Source of the DNA: Gemmatimonadota bacterium
GTDB lineage: Bacteria > Gemmatimonadota > Gemmatimonadetes > Longimicrobiales > Gaopeijiaceae
Direction of reading: 5' to 3'
DNA: 30,749 nt
NCBI GenBank assembly: GCA_024638395.1
Contig: JAHEKK010000001.1
Coordinates: forward strand, 1-30,749
Shown here: positions 1 to 8,241 of the stretch, piece after piece
Layout: every line of letters starts with the position of its first letter
Position numbering within the stretch: position 1 is the stretch's first letter
Program-made: the position numbers and the translations under genes
Notes under the pieces: generated by a model
What the model was told of the DNA's origin: nothing
The model's database searches: none
The model's input: the letters and a program-made list of their open reading frames with translations, nothing else

Positions 1-95
1 GCGCAGCCTTTTCCCATCAGCCCCGGGACCGTGACCAACTGCTGGACATTCTCCGTGAGGCATGTGACCTGGGCATTGTCGATGCCGACGCGCTT
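1..95 (+). other. corC: N-terminal fragment of a CorC/HlyC (CBS-domain Mg/Co transport) protein; no start in window, frame runs into unrelated sequence after nt ~95
   Basis: Frame 3..95 reads AAFSHQPRDRDQLLDILREACDLGIVDADAL, matching the gammaproteobacterial CorC N-terminal pattern as recalled (E. coli-like LFHGEPKNRDELLALIRDS...LIDEDT). The expected continuation (xMxEGV...VRDIM) is absent. Not in the ORF track. Confidence 0.55.
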
Positions 96-362
96 GCAGG
101 TGAGGAAGGGCACGACGGTGTCCAGCCCGGGGCCGCCGCCCAGATTCCCGCTCAGATGGGCCAGACTCTCCTCCTCGGAAGAGCCTACCGCATCGTCGGT
201 GAGGAAGACGGGCACGCCACGCCGGGAAAGGCCGCGAATGCCGTGGTTCATGTCGATCCACACGTCCATGCCCCTGGAGGCGTCCAGCCCGGACCGAGGC
301 GGCCGGAGCTCCACAGACAGGGAGGGCGTGGGCTCCTCCAAGACCTGGAGAAGCCGACTCAC
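93..362 (-). pseudogene. Methylenetetrahydrofolate reductase (MetF)-like protein, 5' part only, apparently truncated at a junction near nt 93
   Basis: GTG start at 362 overlaps the pepP TGA (GTGA). Reads VSRLLQVLEEPTPSLSVELRPPRSG...VFLTDDAVG...VVPFLTCK; SVELRPP and PFLTCK resemble the MetF SFEFFPP and PHLTCR motifs. The frame stays open to nt 3 but loses MetF character after TCK. Confidence 0.55.
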
Positions 363-1678
363 GGACAGCCCGCCACCAACGAGGCGAGCTCCTCCGGGTC
401 CGTCGGAAGGGCCGCCGTCAGCACATCGATCCCGTCGTCCGTCACGAGCACGTCGTCTTCGATCCGCACGCCGATCCCCTCGAGTTCCGGCCGGGCGGGG
501 CAGGAGCCGGGACGGAAGTACAGGCCCGGCTCCACCGTGAAGACCATACCTGGCTCCAGCCCCAGGGGACCCTCCGAGGTTCGATGGTACCCCGGATCGT
601 GGGTGTCCAGACCCAGCCAGTGGGAGGTGCGGTGGGGATAGAAGGGCCGGTAGGTCCCGTCTTCGAGGATCTCGTCCACCGATCCCGTCAGCGCCCCAAG
701 GCTGAGCAGCCCCTCCACCAGCAGCCGGGTCGTCGACTCGTGAAGGGCCTCCAGACTGGTGCCCGGGCCGGCGGCGCCCAGGGCCTGCCGCTGAGCCGCG
801 AGCACGGCGGCGTACACCTCCCCGCCCGGACCCTCGAAGTGCCCGGACGCCGGAACCGTACGCGTCACGTCGGCGGCGTAGTACCCGACCTCCGCGCCGG
901 CGTCCATCAGGACGAGGTCGCCCTCGGCGACGTGCCCGCCGTTCTCGACATAGTGAAGCGTGCACCCGTGGACGCCGGCACCGACGATCGTCGCGAAGGC
1001 CGGCCCGTCGGCGCCGCCCCGCCTGAAGCCGGCCTCCAGGAGGGCCTCGATCTCCCATTCGCCGACGCCGGGCGAGACGCCGGCCAGTCCCTCCCGAAAC
1101 GCCTCCACCGTGACTTCGGCGGCTCGACGGATTCTTGCCAACTCCGCGTCGTCCTTCCGCATTCGCATGGGATCAAGGACCGCACCGGGGTCTGCGAGCA
1201 CGTGAGCTCCGGAGCCGCTTCGGAACCGGCGGGATCGGCCTTGGGACAGGGCCTTTCGGACCACTGCGTCACACTCGGGGCTCGCTCCCAGGCGATAGTA
1301 GATCCGGTCGGCTCCCGAGAGCAGTCCGGGACCCTCTTCCGCAAGGGACCCGAGAGGGCGAACCTCGTCGGCCCCGGTCCGCTCCCTGGCCTCCTCCAGT
1401 GACATCCTGGGACCCGTCCACAGGTCCACGTCCGGATCGGGCTCTCGAAGGAAGAGGACCAGGCGGGGTCCGCCGCCCATGCCGCTCAGGAGGGCGACGC
1501 AGTCCGGAGAGTCCCAGCCGGTGAGGTAGTACAGCTCCGAGTCCGGCCGGTACCGGTACTCCGAATCCCCGTTCTTGAAACGTACCGGTGACGAGGGGAG
1601 CACCATGACACCGTCGGGAAGCCGCGCCGCAGCGAAGGCCCGTCGTTCGGAAAAGGGATGTGGGGGGAGGGAAATCAC
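359..1678 (-). CDS. pepP: Xaa-Pro aminopeptidase (aminopeptidase P, M24B)
   Basis: N-terminal YRYRPDSELYYLTG. Metal-ligand motifs LMDAGAE, AADVTRT, HRTSHWLGLDTHD, TVEPGLY, RIEDD. GTG at 1678 overlaps the upstream TGA (1675-1677), so it is preferred over the ORF-track start at 1774. Confidence 0.93.
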   Translation of the reverse strand: MISLPPHPFSERRAFAAARLPDGVMVLPSSPVRFKNGDSEYRYRPDSELYYLTGWDSPDCVALLSGMGGGPRLVLFLREPDPDVDLWTGPRMSLEEARERTGADEVRPLGSLAEEGPGLLSGADRIYYRLGASPECDAVVRKALSQGRSRRFRSGSGAHVLADPGAVLDPMRMRKDDAELARIRRAAEVTVEAFREGLAGVSPGVGEWEIEALLEAGFRRGGADGPAFATIVGAGVHGCTLHYVENGGHVAEGDLVLMDAGAEVGYYAADVTRTVPASGHFEGPGGEVYAAVLAAQRQALGAAGPGTSLEALHESTTRLLVEGLLSLGALTGSVDEILEDGTYRPFYPHRTSHWLGLDTHDPGYHRTSEGPLGLEPGMVFTVEPGLYFRPGSCPARPELEGIGVRIEDDVLVTDDGIDVLTAALPTDPEELASLVAGCP

Positions 1679-3807
1679 CTGAGGCCGTCTGCAGGCTGGG
1701 CCCTGGGCGGCTCCTGGATAAGATAGTGGACGAACCAGCTTCGAATCCGTTCGAGTCGGTCCACCAGCAGCCACGGCTCACCGGTTCGCGACAGCCCGTG
1801 GGAGGAGCGCGGATAACGCACCAGTTCCACCGGCACGCCCAACTTCTTCAACGACATGAACCATTGCTCGCCGTCGCCAATGGGGGTCCTGTAGTCCTGC
1901 TCGGAGTGGATGATGAGCGTGGGGGCCGTCACATTCTCCACGTAGGAGATGGGCGACAGGCGACGGTACAAGTCACGCTGCTCCCACGGGGGTCCGTAGA
2001 ACTCGTACTCGGTGAGGCGTTGGGCGTCCGACGTTCCCCACCAGCTCTGCCAATTGGTGATGGACCTGGAGGAGACCGCCGCGTGGAAACGGTCGGTGGT
2101 GGCCGTGAGCCAGTTGGTCATGAAGCCCCCGTAGCTTCCCCCGGAAACGCCGATCCTGGCGGGATCGATCTCCGGGTAGGCGGCCAATGCCGCGTCCACC
2201 CCCGTCAGATAGTCCTCCCGGTCGACGATGCCCCACTCTCCTCGGGTGGCATACTGGAACGCGTGTCCATAACCCGACGAACCCCTGGGATTCGTGTACA
2301 GGACGAAGAACCCAGCAGCCGAAAGGACGTGGAACGTCGGGAAGAACGTGTTGCCGTAGGACGAGTGGGGCCCGCCGTGGATTTTGAGGATCATGGGGTA
2401 GGAGCCGCCGGGGCGGAATCCCACGGGCTTCACGACCCAGCCATGGATCTCGGTCCCGTCCTCCACACTCCAGGTGAGCTCCTCGGCCGGCATCAGAGTG
2501 ACGTCGGCCAACCAACCGTCGTTGAAACGCGTGGCCTTCTGTTCGGTGGACCCGTCACCTCGCGCCACATACAGCTCCGTCGGGCTCGCCGCGTCGGTGG
2601 CCACGAAAGCCATCACGTCCTCGGCATCCGAAAAAGAAAACGACGAGAGGCGCCTCGGGCCCGTCGTGATCTGGACAGGATCACTTCCGGGGGCGACCTG
2701 GAAAAGGTGCTCGTCCCCTCTGATCCCCGCTTCAAAGGTCAGAGCCGCCCCCGAGGCGGCCCATCGAGGAGGGCCCGGCGCAAGGTCCCAATTGGCGGTC
2801 AGGCTCTGAGGCTGTCCCCTGAAGTTGCCGTCGGCACCCAGCTCCGCCACCATGAGATCCGTCTCTGCCCCCCGCTCCGGGGTGGACAGGAAGGCGATCT
2901 GGCTACCATCGGGTGAGACGGCGGGATCGCTCTCGGATCCGGGGTTGCTCGTGAGTCGACGTACCGTCCCTCCGCCGACGCCCACTGCCCAGATATCATC
3001 GGTCAGCGTGGCGTTCAACTCGTCGTCCTGGCTCTCGTCTCCGGTGAAGAACAGCACCCGCCCGTCCGCTGACCATGCCGGCTCCCCGACGTCAAAGGAC
3101 AGGCTCGTGATCTGCCGTGGCGTGCCCCCGACCGCGTCGACCACCATCAGTTGGCGCTTGTCTCGTGTCGAGAAGTGGGGTTGCAGCGCCAACCGACCGT
3201 CCTGCTTGTAGCGGATGGAGGTGATGACCCGGCCATCGAATCGCTCGGGGGCGAGCGTACGGGTCACCGCGTCGGGGGCAATCCATCCGTCGCGATCCTC
3301 GTCTCCTTCGCCCTCGTCCTCGTCGGGGGCCCTCACGAACGCGATGGCCGTGCCGTCAGGGGACCATACGGGTGGCCCGTCTATACCCTCCAGGTGAAAC
3401 GCCTCGCCACCGGGTCCGTCCACGCGGAGAAACCAGATGGGGTTGGGATCGTCGCCGCGACGGGACGTAAAGGACAGTAGCGTGCCGTCTGGAGACCATC
3501 GGGGACCGGATGACTCTTCATTGGGGCTGGTGATCCGGAAGGCCTCACCGTTCGGACGCCCCGCCTGGAGGGGCTGGAGCCAGATCTCGCTGTGCCGTCG
3601 GTTCTCTTCTTCCACCACCGTGGTCACCACGAAGGCCACGTGCCCGCCGCCGGGCGAGACGGCAACATCGCCCACCGCGACCAGGTCGTAGTATCGGCCG
3701 GGCGTGTACCCCTCCTGGGCGGCGGCCGTACCGGCAGCCACGAGGAGAAGACCCATGACACCGGCTGCACGAAGCAGGGTACCAATTCGACTGAGATCAC
3801 GGTCCAT
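1675..3807 (-). CDS. Exported S9-family prolyl oligopeptidase / dipeptidyl- or acylaminoacyl-peptidase
   Basis: Signal peptide (…LLLVAAGTAAA|QEG), TolB/PD40-like propeller repeats (PRWSPDG, PVWSPDG, PAVSPDG), IHGGPH, nucleophile GGSYGG, Asp in EQDYRT, His in SSHGL. Start placed at ATG 3807 (MDRDL); the track's extension to 4422 overlaps the divergent gene. Confidence 0.92.
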   Translation of the reverse strand: MDRDLSRIGTLLRAAGVMGLLLVAAGTAAAQEGYTPGRYYDLVAVGDVAVSPGGGHVAFVVTTVVEEENRRHSEIWLQPLQAGRPNGEAFRITSPNEESSGPRWSPDGTLLSFTSRRGDDPNPIWFLRVDGPGGEAFHLEGIDGPPVWSPDGTAIAFVRAPDEDEGEGDEDRDGWIAPDAVTRTLAPERFDGRVITSIRYKQDGRLALQPHFSTRDKRQLMVVDAVGGTPRQITSLSFDVGEPAWSADGRVLFFTGDESQDDELNATLTDDIWAVGVGGGTVRRLTSNPGSESDPAVSPDGSQIAFLSTPERGAETDLMVAELGADGNFRGQPQSLTANWDLAPGPPRWAASGAALTFEAGIRGDEHLFQVAPGSDPVQITTGPRRLSSFSFSDAEDVMAFVATDAASPTELYVARGDGSTEQKATRFNDGWLADVTLMPAEELTWSVEDGTEIHGWVVKPVGFRPGGSYPMILKIHGGPHSSYGNTFFPTFHVLSAAGFFVLYTNPRGSSGYGHAFQYATRGEWGIVDREDYLTGVDAALAAYPEIDPARIGVSGGSYGGFMTNWLTATTDRFHAAVSSRSITNWQSWWGTSDAQRLTEYEFYGPPWEQRDLYRRLSPISYVENVTAPTLIIHSEQDYRTPIGDGEQWFMSLKKLGVPVELVRYPRSSHGLSRTGEPWLLVDRLERIRSWFVHYLIQEPPRAQPADGLR

Positions 3808-4012
3808 GAGACGCTCCGGTCCTGCGGGCTTGCGTGTGCCGGACGGGGGCCTCGCGCAGGCCCCATTTCCCTTCACCGGGGAAACACGCCAAAGTAAAGT
3901 CCAAGACCGACTTGTCTCAAGCTTCGTGAGCCGACAGGTCAACGAACCCCAGACGTACATGTACCACACCATGTCCGACATCGAGCGTCCCCACCTCTCC
4001 CGGCAGGTACCT

Positions 4013-6082
4013 ATGTCCCTGCAGACTCCCAGGGTCCTACTACCGATCCTGGCGCTCCTTTGTGTCGCGACCGGGTGGAATTCCCTGGAGGCCCAGACCG
4101 TGACGGGCCGACTCACGGACGACAGTGGGGAGGGGCTCGAGGGCGCCATGGTGCGGCTCCTCGACCGGGAGGGCGAAAGCACGACGCAGGCACTTACGAA
4201 CGCGGCGGGGAATTTCGAGCTCGATGGGGTACCCGGCGAGTACCGTCTGCGAGCCGACCGGATCGGCCACGCCAGTAGCTTCTCCGATTGGTTCATCCTC
4301 GCCGAGGGGGAAACGGTATCCGTTTCCCTGTCTTCGGCCGTTGAAGCGATTCGTCTGGGATCCATCGACGTGGAAGCCGACCGGAGGTGCCGGGTTCGAC
4401 CCGAGGAGGGACTGGCGGTCACACAGGTGTGGGACGAGGCGCGGAAGGCCCTGGCGGCGGCCGCCTGGACCCAGGAGCGTGGCGTCTACCGTTATGAGAT
4501 GATGGACATCACCAGGTCCCTGGACCGGGACGGGCGCCGGGTGCTCGACGAGGAGCGCTCGTTCAACCAGGGCTACAGCCGGGCTCCGTACATATCGCTC
4601 CCGGCCAACACCCTGGCGGAAGCCGGATTCGTGACCGAGGACGAGCAGGGACTGGCCTTCTACGCCCCAGACGCAGCGGTTCTCCTGTCGGACGAGTTTC
4701 TCGATACACATTGCTTTCGCCTGCGCCAGGGCGAGGACGAGGCCGAAGGCTTGATCGGACTCGAATTCGAGCCCACCCGGGGACGTCGCGTGACGGATAT
4801 CGAGGGGACGCTGTGGATCGACCCGAACACGACGCTCCTTCGATGGCTCGACTTCCGGTACACGAATCTCCCGTTCCCCGACGAGCTCCAGAGCGGCCTC
4901 GTCGGCGGCCGGGTCGCGTTCTCCGCCCTACCCAACGGAACCTGGATCGTGAGCCAATGGCGGCTCCAGATGCCGCGGTCCGGCACGCGACGAAACGACC
5001 TCACGGGTCAGCGCTATGCCTACCTGGAGGGCTACGCGGTCCAAGGAGGCCAGGTCCTTCGCGTCCACGGCGAGGAAGGCACGGTCGCGCTGTCCGAGCA
5101 GGAGGGCTCCCGGATCACGGGTGCCGTGTTCGACACGTTGCGAGCCGGGGGACTCGAAGGAGCTCGGGTCTATGTCCTCAATACCGGGATCGAGGCCGTA
5201 ACGGGCTTCGACGGCCGCTTCACCATCGGCGGCCTGGATCCAGGCGTGTACGACGTCACCTTCGGGCACCCCTACTTCGACGAGCTCGGGTACGTGCCCC
5301 TGCCCTACCCTGTGGAAGTCGGCCAGGACACGGTGGCGCAGGTGACCTTCCTCGCTCCGCCGAAGCGCCGGATCGTGGACGAGCTCTGCCAGGACGACCC
5401 GCGACCCGACACCCGCGGGATCGCGGCCGGCCAGGGTGTCCATGATGCCAATGCCATTCTCATGGGTCAGGTCACGGACGAAGGCGGAACCCCCGTGGCC
5501 GGCGCCGCCGTGCGGGTGTTGTGGAGGGAGTGGAGTGTCGATTTCCGGGAGGATCAACCCTCCAGCGACGATCTGGTGAACGAGGGCCGCCTGGGCGCCG
5601 TTGCCATCACGGGGCCAACGGGACTCTACCGCGTTTGCTGGGTCCCCGCCGACGTACCCCTCCAGGTCACCGTGTTGGAGCGACTCGAAGACCTCGATCC
5701 CGGACGTCAGACGGCTTTCCGCAACCTCATCGAGTTGGGCGCCGCGCGGCGGGAGCAATTCACGATTCCCGGAAGCAGCCAGTTCGCCACCCGGAACCTG
5801 GAGCTGAGCCTGGAACGCACCGGCACCATCGAGGGGCGTGTGACCGGCGTCGAGGACCTGGCCGGGGCGGTGATCCATCTGGTGGAGCTGGACCGCCGGG
5901 TTGCCCTGGAGCCCGACGGCAGCTTCGTGTTCGACGCCGTCCCGACGGGTGATCTGACCGTCGAGATCACGGCCGACGGGCACACCGTGCGAAGATCCGT
6001 GGAGGTCCGGGCCGGAGAATCGGCCGTTGTCGACGTCACGCTCCCGGATGCCACCATCCTATCCCCGTCCCCGACGCGCTGA
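4013..6082 (+). CDS. Exported multi-domain protein with about four CarboxypepD_reg/Ig-like repeats and an unnamed central domain
   Basis: Signal peptide MSLQTPRVLLPILALLC…EA|QT. Repeated units VTGRLTD…GLEGAMV, ITGAVFD…GLEGARV, LMGQVTD…PVAGAAV, IEGRVTG…GAVI, each followed by a T/D-x-x-G-x-F/Y motif. No recognisable catalytic domain. Confidence 0.8.
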   Translation: MSLQTPRVLLPILALLCVATGWNSLEAQTVTGRLTDDSGEGLEGAMVRLLDREGESTTQALTNAAGNFELDGVPGEYRLRADRIGHASSFSDWFILAEGETVSVSLSSAVEAIRLGSIDVEADRRCRVRPEEGLAVTQVWDEARKALAAAAWTQERGVYRYEMMDITRSLDRDGRRVLDEERSFNQGYSRAPYISLPANTLAEAGFVTEDEQGLAFYAPDAAVLLSDEFLDTHCFRLRQGEDEAEGLIGLEFEPTRGRRVTDIEGTLWIDPNTTLLRWLDFRYTNLPFPDELQSGLVGGRVAFSALPNGTWIVSQWRLQMPRSGTRRNDLTGQRYAYLEGYAVQGGQVLRVHGEEGTVALSEQEGSRITGAVFDTLRAGGLEGARVYVLNTGIEAVTGFDGRFTIGGLDPGVYDVTFGHPYFDELGYVPLPYPVEVGQDTVAQVTFLAPPKRRIVDELCQDDPRPDTRGIAAGQGVHDANAILMGQVTDEGGTPVAGAAVRVLWREWSVDFREDQPSSDDLVNEGRLGAVAITGPTGLYRVCWVPADVPLQVTVLERLEDLDPGRQTAFRNLIELGAARREQFTIPGSSQFATRNLELSLERTGTIEGRVTGVEDLAGAVIHLVELDRRVALEPDGSFVFDAVPTGDLTVEITADGHTVRRSVEVRAGESAVVDVTLPDATILSPSPTR

Positions 6083-6094
6083 CCCCGAGCCTAC

Positions 6095-8203
6095 ATGACT
6101 GCCATCCTCCACACGCTCGCGCAGCCCATGCGCACGTCCCTGACCGCTGCCTGGCTGCTGCTTCTCCCCGTGGCGACGGCGGCCGGCCAACAGCAGGCGG
6201 CGCCGGACACCATTTCGCTTCGGCCTTTGTCCGTCACCGTGCTCCGTACCCCGACGCGCTTGGACCGGGTCCCGTTCTCGGCGTCCGTCATGGCCGGTGC
6301 CGAGCTCCGGGAGGGCACGACCGGCCTCTTCATCGGTGAAGCCCTGCAGGGCCTACCCGGAGTGCGGGTGCAGAATCGCTTCAACCCGGCCGTCGGGGAG
6401 CGCATCTCCATCCGGGGGTTCGGCGCCCGCGCCCAGTTCGGAGTACGGGGGATCAAGATCCTCGTCGATGGCATTCCGGCCACCCTTCCCGACGGCCAGT
6501 CCACCCTGGATCACCTGGATCTGGGATCCCTGGGCCGGGTCGAAGCCCTCAGGGGACCGGCGGCGGCCCTGTACGGCAACGGTGCGGGGGGAGTCTTGCA
6601 GTTCGAGAGCTCAGGCCCCCATGCCGGACCCTACCGCCAGGACGCCGCCGTGGTCGTGGGCTCCGACGGCCTGATGCGCCTACAAGCCACGGGGTCGGGG
6701 ACGGCTGGCAGCACCGGCTTTCGTTTCAGCGTCGGGCGCACGAGCTTCGACGGATTCCGCACCAACGAGGGCGGCGCCCCCGACCCATACAGCGGCGGGG
6801 ACCGCACGACTCTGAACGGCTTTGTCGGCCTCCCGTTCTCCGGCGGTGAATTTCAGGCCCAGCTGTCCGCCCTGGACATGGACGCGCTGAACCCCGGCTC
6901 CCTCCCCGCCGATCTCTACGCCGAAGGCAGCAACCAGGCCTGGGGGTTCAACGTGGCGCAGGGCGCGTTCAAGGCCGTTCGCCAGGGACAGCTCGGACTC
7001 CGCTGGACCGGCCCCGTCGGGAGCCTCAGCGGTACCCTCTCCGCGTACGGCGTTCGGAGGGAATTGGACAACCCCATCCCCAATACCGTCATCGACCTGG
7101 ACCGGAACGCCGGGGGCGTGCGAGCCTCGGCAGCCCATAGCTGGCCTACCGCCGCGGGCGAGATTCGACTCGATGTCGGCGTGGAGGGTGAGATCCAGTC
7201 GGATGCGCGGAAGAACTTCGCCAACGAAGGCGGGGGCGTCGCCGGCCTCCTGACCCTGGACCAGGACGAGCGGGTCAGGAGCGGGGGCATCTTCGCGCAA
7301 CTCCACGCACCTCTGTCCGCCCGGCTGTCCATCATCGGCGCCCTTCGATACGAGAACGTCTCCTTTCGTGCGGAAGACCAATTCTTCGGGACCGGCGAGC
7401 CGGACGACAGCGGGGAACGGACCATGACGGGGGTCAATCCGTCGCTTGGGGCCCACCTGGCCATGGGAGACCACGGTGTGTTCGTGTCCGTGGCCCGGTC
7501 ATTCGATACCCCGACCACGACGGAGTTGGCGAACCGCGAGAGCGGCGCCGGGGGCCTGAATCCGCAGCTGGATCCTCAGCGTGGATGGTCCGTAGAGGGA
7601 GGGATCCGGGGCACCCTCGCCGGCCGATTGGCCTACGACCTGGCCGCGTTCTCGACCTGGCTGACCGATGAGCTCATCCCGTTCGAGGTCGAATCGGCTC
7701 CGGGCAGGACCTTCTTCCGTAACGCCGGCCAATCCAAGATCCAGGGAATTGAAGCCTCGGCCCGAGCGGTGCTGGTCCCTGGGCTGACCCTCCTCACCAG
7801 CTATTCGTGGGTGGACGCCCGGTTCTCCGACTTCGTCGTCGACGGCGAGAGCTTGAACGGGAATCGAGTCCCAGGGGTCGCGCCGCACCGTCTCGACGCA
7901 CGTCTGAGAGGCCAGAGGGGGCCGGTCTTCGCCGAAGTGCGAATGGAGCACCGGGGAGCCGTCCCCGTAGACGACGGCAACGCCAGCGAGGCCGACGGCC
8001 ACACTCTGCTGGACCTGAGGGCCGGGGGGACGGACGTCCAGGCCGGACCGCTACGTATCTCCCCCTTCGTGGGCGTCACCAACGTCACCGACGAGCGGTA
8101 CGTGACGTCCGTCGTGGTCAACGCCTTCGGGGGGAGGTTCTACGAACCCGGCCCGGACCGCGGATTCTACGTGGGGATGAGTCTCGCCGTGGAGCGGCGG
8201 TAG
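6095..8203 (+). CDS. TonB-dependent receptor, YncD/PqqU-like
   Basis: Signal peptide (alternative start 6128), TonB-box-like LSVTV, plug motifs ISIRGFGAR…GVRGIKILVDGIPATLPDGQ and VEALRGPAAALYGNGAGGV, C-terminal RFYEPGPDRGFYVGMSL. Confidence 0.9.
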   Translation: MTAILHTLAQPMRTSLTAAWLLLLPVATAAGQQQAAPDTISLRPLSVTVLRTPTRLDRVPFSASVMAGAELREGTTGLFIGEALQGLPGVRVQNRFNPAVGERISIRGFGARAQFGVRGIKILVDGIPATLPDGQSTLDHLDLGSLGRVEALRGPAAALYGNGAGGVLQFESSGPHAGPYRQDAAVVVGSDGLMRLQATGSGTAGSTGFRFSVGRTSFDGFRTNEGGAPDPYSGGDRTTLNGFVGLPFSGGEFQAQLSALDMDALNPGSLPADLYAEGSNQAWGFNVAQGAFKAVRQGQLGLRWTGPVGSLSGTLSAYGVRRELDNPIPNTVIDLDRNAGGVRASAAHSWPTAAGEIRLDVGVEGEIQSDARKNFANEGGGVAGLLTLDQDERVRSGGIFAQLHAPLSARLSIIGALRYENVSFRAEDQFFGTGEPDDSGERTMTGVNPSLGAHLAMGDHGVFVSVARSFDTPTTTELANRESGAGGLNPQLDPQRGWSVEGGIRGTLAGRLAYDLAAFSTWLTDELIPFEVESAPGRTFFRNAGQSKIQGIEASARAVLVPGLTLLTSYSWVDARFSDFVVDGESLNGNRVPGVAPHRLDARLRGQRGPVFAEVRMEHRGAVPVDDGNASEADGHTLLDLRAGGTDVQAGPLRISPFVGVTNVTDERYVTSVVVNAFGGRFYEPGPDRGFYVGMSLAVERR

Positions 8204-8241
8204 AGACCGCCGCATCCGCCTGCGATCCCACGGAAGCTCTG

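Noticed and set aside
3-62. Intein-like CLTEN… in the minus-strand continuation of the MetF-like frame
   Set aside because: Block A spacing does not fit, and the segment is better explained as the antisense of the corC fragment.
1660-2916. 418-aa plus-strand ORF and similar Arg/Pro/Gly-rich track ORFs (e.g. 22341..23381, 4928..5983, 7807..8961)
   Set aside because: They overlap well-supported genes on the other strand or frame and have no domain motifs.
3846-3884. Two hairpins in the divergent S9/CarboxypepD gap (GGGGCCT/AGGCCCC and TTTCCC/GGGAAA) as a riboswitch
   Set aside because: No known aptamer consensus (cobalamin, TPP, SAM etc.) is recognisable, and short GC hairpins are common here.
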